A stretch of DNA of 64,000 nt from Tubulanus polymorphus (Eukaryota; Animalia; Nemertea), in contig NC_134025.1 of assembly GCF_964204645.1 (NCBI RefSeq), forward strand, positions 310,001 through 374,000, read 5' to 3'. Below the pieces are notes generated by a model. The model saw nothing but the letters and a program-made list of their open reading frames with translations. It ran no database searches and was not told the DNA's origin. Position numbers and translations under genes: made by a program. Below are positions 23,201-36,000 of the stretch, one piece after another. Within the stretch, counting starts at the first letter, position 1. The number at the start of each line of letters is the position of its first letter.

Positions 23201-26200
23201 TAGAAACGACCTCAGTAAAGTGACGACTTATACAAATGACAAATTGTAATGCGAGTATGATTTGATAATTACATGTGCTTCGGCCATTCCCCTTCTTTCA
23301 GTTGGATTTTTCACTGATTTCATCAAAGCAACAGGAGTGTCCAATAAATACCGTTTATGCTGTAATAAATACATTTCATCGTCTTATAAAATGATATTTC
23401 AACGTCACGTGTAAAAGGGATGATATTTTTACCTCTGAGATCGAGTTGACGATAGCGTAGTTAGATTTTGGACTGACCCATATTTTATTGATACCGGGTA
23501 AAGTTTCAACGCGATCGATTTCATTCAAAGCTCGATTGTAATCAACGACCTGAATTTAAAACAGAACATCACCTTTATCAACAACGCTATGAGACACCAC
23601 ACAATAATGAAAAAAGCGTCTGAAAAAATATAAATGAAATGTAAGCAGTTTATTCAACGTTTCGAACGTATTCTAGTAGTCATCATATTAAGAAATATTT
23701 CGTGAACTGAAGGGTTTTCAAGGAGATGACATTGAAAGCATAAAGCCGAAAGCTGAATAAACTACACTATCTCAATGAGGCTTGTTATCGTATATGTGGG
23801 ATTTTATCATCTTTACAACACAGACTCATCAGGTTCATTAAATGGTGATTCTAATGCCTCTTACCTCGACGCATTTACTCTCCTCTGTATGTGGACAATA
23901 ACCATCAGGATGTACTAATCCGAAGTGCCATCTTAAATCTGGATTTGAAAGTCTTTCAGTTTTGTGTTTTATAAACAATCTAGAACAAAATATTTACAAT
24001 GTAACTAGTTACGTTTCGTGGTGTTTCCGTGTAAGGGTTTATTACACGTGGGGATTACAATGTAATAAATATCTCAAAACAAATCAATCAATCAAATTAT
24101 TAAGAGGGAAAATGAGTCATCCTTCATTTCAAATATACCTCACTCGATTCATTTCAATAATCGCGTAGGACATGAACACAGGATTAAACGGTACATCAGC
24201 GCCACGTAAATTAAACAACCCTACAAAAATAAAAAAAGTATCTAATCCCACTATAACAACGCACACTAAACTGTTAGAAAATAAACAAGATTTTATTAAT
24301 TCCGGAGATTATTTAGCGGAATTATGAGATGGATGTGTACCCGTGGTGTTACTACTTACAGGCAATATCAGTGAGGTCTGTTAAAACCATCGCATCAACT
24401 TCAGCATTCTTCATCATTTTACGAATTTTACTAGTTTTATTCCACCAAGACATACCTGACAAATAACCGCACTCATTGTGAACAGATAACATGACTTAAG
24501 AGTCAAAGAGTCAAATCCTAACTCACAACTGGGTTTAACATCCAGTTTCATGGTTGTTAGTAAAGTAATACACGGTAGTTGTGGGGATGGGTTTGCGAGG
24601 AACCCACAATATGAGCCATGGGCATTATCCTTGGGATCCATTTTTTTGTGACTTACCCGTTAACCGTTGTGGCATTATAATAATTGTGCTGTTCGGCTCA
24701 TACGATCTCTCTTTCACCGGCCAAATGGCGTCTATCAAATTCTTTTGTATCGATATCAATTTAATTCCGTTTCTCAGAGATTTAGAAAGTCGATTCCAAG
24801 CGTTCCATGTATAAAGAGTAGGGTCGACTCCGACTCGACCTCCACGTGTTAATTCGCTATTCAACCATTGCGCAATTGAAAGGTCATCTGTAGTTAAAAA
24901 AAGGAATTATTGTTTTGAGAAAATAGAGAATCCATGCAAGTTCAATGTCAGGAAATTCTCGGGATATTTCACTTGTTTTGTTGTTTTGGTTTTATGAGTT
25001 TCTGTATGGGCGGTTTGCGGTGTGGGGGTATATTTACATTTAACCAGAATCCAGCTACAATCAAGTTGTTGATCGGCTTGTAAAAAATATCTTCCATCCG
25101 TCCATAAAGCAGCTTTATACCGAGTTACCACTGCTACACCTAAACACACAATAAAACATCATTATACGTACCGGTATAGTTCTCTAGTGTAGCGCTGTGT
25201 AAATTGGTATTTTCTCTCTTCAATTTCTATTAAAGTTAGTTGTAAAAACAAGAAACATATTTTCTTGGGCTACAGACTACAATACGGACTATAGGTTACA
25301 GAATGGCTGTATGATTTTCACTAAATTCCTATCAGATTCTGGATCTGATGACTCAAATGCAAAATAGACTTAATTCAATTGTTTGCTATATTAGATTGAC
25401 GATTTAAGCATGACGATATTAGATTTTGAAGGAAATGAGATGTTTAATTGATTAGCATCTGTGGGGAATAAATAACAGGATCTAAACACAATTAATAATG
25501 ACCGGAATTCAAACCGCTGGTAAAAACCCCGATACGTATTCATTACAGAAGTGGTGATATGAATTTAAAGATTTCTATGTATGTGGGTGAAAGTGGGTGA
25601 ATAGCTAGAGAGGTGATTGTTTGCCATTGTATAAATGTCAAGAGATCAACAAAATATTGCTAATCTAATTATCTAAAAATGCAGCTACAGTTAGTAATTA
25701 GATTTAGAATAGACTTTAAAAGCGATTCAGTGTCAATAGAAAGCCATTGTAAACCACATAGGGTATCAGTGTTAGTGAATAGAGTTACCACACCTGACTG
25801 GTCACCAGTCACCACACCTGACTGGTCACCAGTCACCAAACTGAACAGACTGACTTCCAAACCATCTGAATCACTATTGGTCTACGGTCTAGTGGTTAGT
25901 ATGCTCGGCTGGTATCCTGGAGGTTCTGAGATCGAAACCAATCTAGGCTTAGGGTTCACCTAGGGTTAGGGTTAACGGCTGCATTGGTTAACCCTTGGGT
26001 TATTTTTAGCGGCGGTTGGTCGTGGTGTTTTTTTTTCTTTTGTGAATAGAATCACCACACCTGACTGGTCACCACAGAAAGATGGTCACTACTCAGACCA
26101 TATATATAGTCGTTACCTGCTGATCCACTAAAACCGCTGATATACTGACGTCTTTTATCGTAATCAGCCGTGTATTCACTCTACAAATTACACAAATACA

Positions 26201-28695
26201 AACAATTATCAGATATATATCATAATACCTGAATTATCTCGTATAGAAACCACAATTCATTTTCAACTCAACAGTCAAAATCTTTATTCCAAACTGTCAT
26301 GCGGCCAACATTAATTCATTTTCAATTAGTTAACATTAGAATCGAATCTGTGGAACTGGGGGTCCTGAATTATAATTACCTGATGAGCATCTTCTGAAGG
26401 TATAATGTAGGCTTCTATAGGCCCATTTTTGTTCATTAATCCATTATTTGACATGGCGCGCCGGAGTGAATCTAATCTATCACGTGTATCGACTTCAGTC
26501 GCTGGTGCCGTGTGGTACTGCGTTAATAAATACGATATCAAATCACTTTTGAGCAATATCTCAAATACAGAGATATTTATATTCAAAATACAGAGATATT
26601 TGTTACATTTAAACACAAAGTATCTTAGCATATTTCAATTAATGTAGATTGTTGAATGCAACCTGTAAATGTAATCAGGGCCACGCGCAGTCATCGCTTT
26701 AGATAGTTAAGACTCCTGATTCCATAGCCGATAAAACAATTAAGGACGACTTATGGAAGTCACAATTTTGCAGCTAAATCCTGGTTCCACGGGTAAGAGT
26801 TATCACTGGGAACTAAATTAGTTCATCAAAACTTGTGGAACTAGGACCAGGTGGCGCTCTGGCCCTGGACAGAAATCTATATCAAGTTATTGTTTAAGAC
26901 TTCCATTTCTTCATTTGAATAAATACAGAAGGTAATTGTAATTGTAAATGTAAATTTGTGGTCGACTATTCCATTCGTTATGCGAAACGTTACATGAATA
27001 TTCAATCAGCTGAGTTCAGTATAATCAGTGAGTAAGAGATTGATTGAAATAACCTCATTAACCGTAAACCCCGTAATTTATTAATTACTCTCAATTAGGA
27101 CAAAAAGAATCGTGATCAATCGTATATTAATTGAATTAGACATAAAACAAACCCTTACGACCCTAAAACACTCAATATGCGTCTCAAACTGCAGTATATT
27201 GTACAATATTTGTAGATCACAGTTCACAAAAAGAACTATAATTTATTGGTGGAAAATAATCACGCAATAGAAAGCACTGAATAAATGTGATATAAAATGC
27301 TGGGAGTCCGAAATGTTTACAGGATTAGTCTCTTTGTGTGCTGCTGGATTGTAATAACATCTTCATGAAGATTACTGTTAGGATAAATTCGAATATTTGT
27401 TGAACTATATTTTTCATTCTTAGTGTTCGGAGATTTTATAACATCTCATTACAACCGATCGACTCAAATTTATGGAAACACTACAGAATTCATTATTCAC
27501 AAATTGACACATTTTCTGCGACATGGCCTCCTTGATTATCATTTTTATATTTTTGACTTAGGTATTTTGGTTATTTTTAATTTTGTATACGGTAGATTTT
27601 GATCGTAGGAGCTGCGTAACTTACACTGGTGATATTGGTACATTTAGTTCTATTTGCGGCGGAGGGAGGAGCCCCGGAGGGAGGAGCAGCATTCCGTCGA
27701 GATCGTGTATGATCGTCAGACGATAATGACGTCACATCAATCTCAGCATCAATCTCATTATTCTCTCTCAACACGTCTCCGAATACAATACTACCTAAAA
27801 TACAATAAACACTGATTGTACCTCCCTCGTCTCCCCTCAACAAGGACCCTCATCGACTGTATATACCCCATACCTCAGGATCCATCGACTAAACATCCAC
27901 CCACTCACCTCGACCTCCCGGCAGAGACCACGGACATATAAAATCTAGCATTCTGGTCTACCTGGCTATCAGGCCTATTGCAACCACCCAATCTCTCTGG
28001 TACCCCATCTACCCTCACCCCCATATACATCTACCAGTGTAGTCTAACCCCCTGTGACCCCCCATCTACCCTCACCCCCATATACATCTACCAGTGTAGT
28101 CTAACCCCCTGTTACCCCCTGTGACCCCCATCTTCCCGGACCTCCTGTTGCCAGTATAACAATCTCCGGCATAACAAGTTGTTATGCGTATTTATTTATA
28201 GATAAGAAAATGTAATATTTACAAATATTAACACGGCATCTGAACAGGTGTTTCCAGTTGTTCAGTGGTGGTTACTGAGTGTAAGATGTAAAACACGAAA
28301 TATTGTAAATTTGGAGAAATTAATTTACGAAAACTATTTGTATCGATACATCGAAATGATAAAATTATATCATTATATTTCTAGAATAATATATAGAACA
28401 AATAGAGGACCCCGCGCGCGGTTCTGTGTGCATTGAATTTATTTCTGTCTGTTGCCCTAATCTTTATATCCATAAAATCTATTGTAATCATCACTCTATC
28501 AAAACAGCATCGATATTTCTAGAATTGTATTAAACTTTCATAATTCAAGAAAGCTCGCTTGGAATTTTCAATATTCTGATGAAAATTTTGCAAGCGTAGA
28601 ATAATTTATTCATTCTTCTAACGGTTTTAAATGTTTAATGATGTACCTGATAAAATAAGTGAGATCGAGATTATCCAAACTGGAGGCACCATCAT
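20228..28695 (-). CDS. XPNPEP2: Xaa-Pro aminopeptidase (M24B), signal peptide + C-terminal hydrophobic/GPI-type tail, copy A; 21 exons, ~736 aa; active-site loop altered (HDTDHG)
   Basis: [87 protein letters not shown]; exon phases sum to 2211 nt. Symbol is by architecture, not proven orthology. Confidence 0.9.
25775..26075 (+). mobile_element. SINE-like tRNA-box/TTAGGG element bounded by direct repeats, in an aminopeptidase intron (5' part absent in copy B at ~39289)
   Basis: GGTCTAGTGGTTAG A-box, GATCGAAACC B-like box, TAGGGTTAGGGTTA; GTGAATAGA.T.ACCACACCTGACTGGTCACC at both ends. Confidence 0.55.
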
Positions 28696-30080
28696 CCGTC
28701 CAGAGGCAGCGGTGGCAGGCGACCGAAGTATAACTACACCAGAAACGATCTGGTTAGAACACAATGTAGCTATTGTGGCTATTGTTCTTTCACTCTCTCT
28801 CTCACTCGCGGCGGCGGCGGCAGTTTGTGGTATTTTAATCGTCTATACACGACATACCAATAACATATGTAAGAAATTAACCCTCATAGAATCTTACTTT
28901 CATTCAATTCAATGTCGTCGTTGTCGAATGTTTTCTATCGAGGTGAAGTTTGACCCTTGTTGAGAGATCGGGTTGTGATTCTCAGGTCATTTATATTACG
29001 ATAAACTTTATCATCGATAAATCCAATTAACACGTGATAATCCAATAGTTTTCTTAACCGAAAATACATTAATCTTCACTTGATTACAACATATCAGATC
29101 CCACTTTAACCAATCAGGAACAAGCTGCACAACACCAAACTCCGATCTGTGAGATCTCGATTTATATTGATTCATATCGCATTCTATTCATCTCCTCGTC
29201 TATAGTTTTATTACACTCTTCATTGTCTGTGGATGAGATATCTGCGCCTCGTGTATGACATGTACATGATAGTGCGATCATTCAAATTATGGTCATTTTA
29301 TGACTTGTTAGTTTAAGTACACAGATAACGTTTTGTAGAAGTTCACGTAGTTCATATTGCAGCGAGATTGATAGAGATACATTTCATGAATGATGTAATT
29401 CAAATCTATGGGGTTCAGATCTACAGGATCCAGTTCCACAGTTCTCAGGAACTCTAAGAGTCCTCGGAAATGTTAACTGATTCTAACTGTAGTCAAACTT
29501 ACAACTGTTGAAGTGCGTACAATTCAAATTATTTGCTGCTTCAAATATATTGAAACTAGGTAATAAGTGTAAAGAAAAATCCTCACAACGATTTTTTCTT
29601 CAAGATATTCACTCGCTTTGTCCGAGAATTAAGATTGTTAAGATTGCACAAACTTAGTACGAAGTCACGTTAGTCAACCTTGACCTTCTGCTTCGGTTAG
29701 CCGCCTAAATGACGCCATGGACCTCAGATAAACTGGTCACTCAGTCTCCACGGACCTCACAGATAAACTGGTCACTCAGTCTCCACGGACCTCACAGATA
29801 AACTGGTCACACTCCATAGACGAAGACTCCCTTGATATATCAATATACAAATTTTCATTTCTTATCATTTCTTTATAAGTACAAATATTTGTTGATGGTA
29901 AAAAATTGATTTTTTTTCTCCTGGACGATGAGAAGGAAACCTCTTGTTTATACATCCACGTGCCAGGGGTAGGCACGCTTCATCTAACTAGACAGAGGTA
30001 ACAGGAGATTATCATATAAAGTGTATATACTACAAGCTATGAATAGAGTTGTGATGGGGATGATTTGAGGAGGTTGAGAG

Positions 30081-33000
30081 TTACATCGATAAAACTATTG
30101 TTACAATCATTCCAACGATAAAAGTCCATTTAGCTCGAAAATTATTGGAATTATTAAATATTGCGGCTTCTGATATTTTCTTAGTCCGTAGCCGTAGCCA
30201 CTCGTAAGCGTCAAGGTGACCTTGACGTTTCAGTTCATTACCAATTACACTTAAACATCTCTCATTGTAGTAATTCAACCATTTCCTCTGCAAAAATAAT
30301 AGAAAACCGTAACATTGCATTTGCTTAGATTTTTCTGAGTTTGTAATCGTCACTTTCGACTGAATTTTCTGCAATGCGATATCTGTGCACCACGACCTAC
30401 ATTTTATACAGAGCTGTTTTTGATATTTACCTGATCTTGAGACAACATCGAATAATTGATGAGATTTGGTTCGAACGGAACCAATGTTATTGGTTCCCAC
30501 GTCAAATACCTATCACCACCAAAGTTATGCTACAAAAAAACCCATCCAACAATAGTCATAAATATTTCAATTTGCTGGTGATTCCAGGTTTATGGAATGT
30601 TTGTATTTCTCACCTTTGTTTTCGCTTTTGTGACCATAAGAATTGTTTCTAATCTAATTCCAAATTTACCATCCTCGTAATACCCGGGTTCTACAAGACA
30701 AACACACATCAAGTTCCTGAGACTAATACAGCTCGGTTGTGTAGTGGATACAGAGGTCTATGTGCTGGAGGTCGGCCGGGTTTGAGCCAATCTGCGGTTA
30801 GGGTAAGTAAGGGTGTCGACCTTTGCCTGGAAGATTTTTTTTTTTTAATTTCTTGCTGCGGTTCCAGCTCTCAACTAACAATAACATTTATGGCGAATCT
30901 TGGGTTGAGAGGTTTTGAAAAAGATCAGCCTCAATTGAAAAAAGATTTCTTACCATCTGATAAAAACATTCCTTCCATTAACGCATTATCATCACCACCT
31001 TGAGAAACACCAGATCCAATCCATATCGGCCCTATAGAAATACGATTCATATTGATCTGAAGAATCACAGAATTATAATCAGTGTAAAGAAGTTCATTGA
31101 TTTACCTTCATGAACGCTGAGATAGGCTCCTATACCGTGACCAGTACCGTGTCTGTAATCTAAACCTACAGACCATAGGGGTTCACGAGCTTTTATATCC
31201 AATTCTCTCCCTGTATAACAGATTAAACACATCCCATTTTGATTATAGGCTCGTCGTATTATGACTATATACGTCTAAAGTTTGTTATAAATTCCATCTT
31301 CACAGAAACAGCAATAAATGTTATTTTAATGTATTATACGTATTCATCACTGTTTCTGTGAAAATGAGATTTCGATTTATAAACTTTGAAATATCATCAA
31401 TTGTGAGATTCATCACTGAGAGAATATATCAGCATCAGTCAACATATGATCTCATTCTTCATGAAATCATTTAGATTTATCTGATGGAATCTTACCCAGT
31501 GTTCCCACTGGCCAAACAGCCATAGCTACATTTATAGATCCCATTAAAACTCGCGTGTAGGTCTCCTAAAAACCGGTGAAACAAACAACGTTAAACAAGA
31601 TGGACCTAAATGATGAAGTCCTCGCTAAAAGATTTGGTTCAGTTCCATCATTTTCGGTTAAGTTCGAATCTTGGGTTTTAAAATTTTCAATATGTCTTTA
31701 CTCCAGATTCAGATTTTGGGAATTGTTGTCCCTCTTAAGCCTAAGCCTCGAATCTGGGACCTCTGACATTTTGCCATATGTGCAAACATCTACACCTGGA
31801 GTCAGTGGTGGTCATAGATTCAGATCTTAACCGACAACTGTGGAACTGAAGCGTGGACCTACTATTTCCCAAGGTGTTGGTTCTCCATAATGAAAAGTTC
31901 TCGTGACATCAGTGGTACCTTCACTGTTACAAATATAAAACACTATCTCTGTTAGAATCAAATGTCACATCGAGAATCTGAATCAGTCTCCTCAATTAGT
32001 TTCTTTATTCTGGACTGTAGCTTCTTGAAGATAACTATCAGTTTACAGTCGGAACGTTGAAAAAATTATTATTGGCTCAAGGAAATATTTCAGACTCTTT
32101 ATTCTTAGTGTGCAGGGATTTTATGTCATCTTTACAACACGGACTCAGAGTGTTTCACCAATGGTATATAAAGTTATAGATAGCAATTTTGTATAATTGC
32201 ATTCAGTTAATACATAAGCGTCACAAAGGCATTGTACGTAATGGGGTACTTACAGGAGTGATATTGTAAGGGGGTGGGTGGGTGTGGGGTACTTACAGAT
32301 ATTGTCCTCCTGAGTCTAATAAATACATTTCTTTATTAGTAATCTCTCTATCAGTAATATTAGTAGGTGTATAATGTATAATGGCACCATGTGGTCCTGC
32401 CGCAGATATCGTTCCAAAACTTAAACCTTTATTATCCGGTTGTTCGCTGTATGGATAGAAAACATTCAGATTTCTATTTTCAAAACCTCTTTAATTCAAA
32501 TGCTCTTTCAGCACTGAAGACGTTTATATACTCAATTGCTATGAGCCATTTTCAAAAAAGAGAGTAGTAACGTTTTGAAAATGGCTGATGGAATTGAGTC
32601 GCAAAGTTTCTACAGCTTACCGTCTGTACTTTTCAAGTACATTAGCAGCCGACAATTCAGTCCAATATTTGCCTTCTTTTACCTGGAAATTTCACAAATT
32701 ATGTTCACGACATAACAACATAGTTTAATTACGGGTTTGGTTTGAGTAAGATTTTATATACAAACCTCTCGTTCTAGTTTAGTTAGAAATTGTATCAAAG
32801 CTATCGCATCTTTAACCTAAAAATTAAACATGATACTCATCAAATATAGGTTTACACATCACAGTCATCTGAATCCAGTTCTTGGTTTAATTCCACTCCT
32901 CTTCAATGAGTTAATTATTGAATCAAATCTGAACTCGCAACTGCGGAACTGGATTCTGATTGGTGAAATCTGACACTAAAGGTTTTGTCAATGAGACTTC

Positions 33001-36000
33001 ACTATAAGTCGTCATCTTAAAGACTTATGACTTACACGTAGAATTGAACTAGACATACGAGACTCAAAAATAGAAACGACCTCAGTAAAGTGACGACTTA
33101 TACAAATGACAAATTGTAATGCGAGTATGATTTGATAATTACATGTGCTTCGGCCATTCCCCTTCTTTCAGTTGGATTTTTCACTGATTTCATCAAAGCA
33201 ACAGGAGTGTCCAATAAATACCGTTTATGCTGTAATAAATACATTTCATCGTCTTATAAAATGATATTTCAACGTCACGTGTAAAAGGGATGATATTTTT
33301 ACCTCTAAGATCGAGTTGACGATAGCGTAGTTTGATTTTGGACTGACCCATATTTTATTGATACCGGGTAAAGTTTCAACGCGATCGATTTCATTCAAAG
33401 CTCGATTGTAATCAACGACCTGAATTTAAAACAGAACATCACCTTTATCAACAACGCTATAAGACCCCACACAATAATGAAAAAAGAGTCTGAAATATAA
33501 ATGAAATGTAAGCAGTTTATTCAACGTTTCGAACGTATTCTAATAGTCACCATATTAAGAAATATTTCGTGAACTGAAGGGTTTTCAAGGAGATGACATT
33601 GAAAGCATAAAGCCGAAAGCTGAATAAACTACACTATCTCAATGAGGCTTGTTATCGTATATGTGGGATTTTATCATCTTTACAACACGGACTCATCAGG
33701 TTCATTAAATGGTGATTCTAATGCCTCTTACCTCGACGCATTTACTCTCCGCTATGTTTGGACAATAACCATCAGGATTTACTAATCCCAAGTGCCATCT
33801 TAAATTTGGATTTGAAAGTCTTTCAGTTTTGTGTTTTATAAACAATCTAGAACAAAATATTTACAATGTAACTAGTTACGTTTCGTGGTGTTTCCGTGTG
33901 AGGGTTTATTACACGTGGGGATTACAATGTAATAAATATCTCAAAACAAATCAATCAATCAAATTATTAAGAGGGAAAATGAATCATCCTTCATTTCAAA
34001 TATACCTCACTCGATTCATTTCAATAATCGCGTAGGACATGAACACAGGATTAAACGGTACATCAGCGCCACGTAAATTAAACAACCCTACAAAAATAAA
34101 AAAGTCTCTAATCCCACTATAACAACGCACACTAAACTGTTAGAAAATAAACAAGATTTTATTAATTCCGGGGATTATTTAGCGGAATTATGAGATGGAT
34201 GTGTACCCGTGGTGTTACTACTTACAGGCAATATCAGTGAGGTCTGTTAAAACCATCGCATCAACTTCAGCATTCTTCATCATTTTACGAATTTTACTAG
34301 TTTTATTCCACCAAGACATACCTGACAAATAACCGCACTCATTGTGAACAAACAACATGACTCAAGAGTCAAAGAGTCAAATCTTAACTCACAACTGGGT
34401 TTAACATCCAGTTTCATGGTTGTTAGTAAAGTAATACACGGTAGTTGTGGGAATGGGTTTGCGAGGAACCCACAATATGTGCCATGGGCATTATCCTTGG
34501 GATCCATTTTTGTGTGACTTACCCGTTAACCGTTGTGGCATTGTAATAATTGTGCTGTTCGGCTCATACGATCTCTCTTTCACCGGCCAAATGGCGTCTA
34601 TCAAATTCTTTTGTATCGATATCAATTTAATTCCGTTTCTCAGAGATTTAGAAAGTCGATTCCAAGCGTTCCATGTATAAAGAGTAGGGTCGACTCCGAC
34701 TCGACCTCCACGTGTTAATTCGCTATTCAACCATTGCGCAATTGAAGGGGCATCTGTAGTTAAAAAAAGGAATTATTGTTTTGAGAAAATAAAGAATCCA
34801 TGCAAGTTCAATGTCAGGAAATTCTCGGGATATTACACTTGTTTTGTTGTTTTGGTTTTATGAGTTACTGTATGGGTGGTTTGCGGTGTGGGGGTATATT
34901 TACATTTAACCAGAATCCAGCTACAATCAAGTTGTTGATCGGCTTGTAAAAAATATCTTCCATCCGTCCATAAAGCAGCTTTATACCGAGTTACCACTGC
35001 TACACCTAAACACACAATAAAACATCATTATACGTACCGGTATAGTTCTCTAGTGTAGCGCTGTGTAAATTGGTATTTTCTCTCTTCAATTTCTATTAAA
35101 GTTAGTTGTAAAAACAAGAAACATATTTTCTTGGGCTACAGACTACACCACTCTTAAAACAAAGGGTTCTACCGTAGAACCTTTAGGGGTTCTTGGGCTT
35201 GCCTCCCAGGGAGAACCCCTAAAGGTTCTTCAAAGAACCTTTTTTGCAGGGTTCCTTGAAACCCTGGTAAAGGTTCTTTGAAGAACCATTTCGTATAAAG
35301 GGTTCTTGTTAGAACCCTTTCAATATTATCAAATGGTTCTTGACAGGGTTCTTGGGAGAATCATTTAAAGGTAATTTATTTTTAGGGTTCCTCATTCATT
35401 TTTTGACTGCTCAAGCTGTTCATGATTTGTCCATCCTCTGTTATGTTTGACTGCTCCCTTAATCCTCATGTGGATAAAAAAACTGATGATAAGAATCGCG
35501 TAAAATTAATATCATATAAACCTTTTTATAATAAAATCTCATGAATTGAAATATTAATGATAAATATGTTTACAATAAATGATACAAAAATAGTTTCACT
35601 AATTGGTTACATGTACAATAAGATTGAAAGATGGAGAACTTTTTTCAGTGCGCTAATCGCTTGGTATCTTAAATCGGTTGGGATTTTTTCCACACTAAGT
35701 CTAAAACGTTCTGAGAATATCAAAGTTTTTGAAAAGTTAGTGGGATAAGATGTAAGATGATATGCTAAACGTATAATAGGCCGACTTATGGCAGGCCACT
35801 CCGCTTATTAAGAATCTGTCCACTTTCAATTAACTATAAGCCATCTTCTAAATAAGTTTGTTTCAACGCGCTGCCACCCTCGCAACCTTTCAACCGCAAC
35901 GTCCGGATTATAGTCGTATATTTCCTGAAATATAAATAATATTGAGAACAATTAATGGTGTAATAAAATCGATTATGTTTTGCAATAATGCACACTCTGC

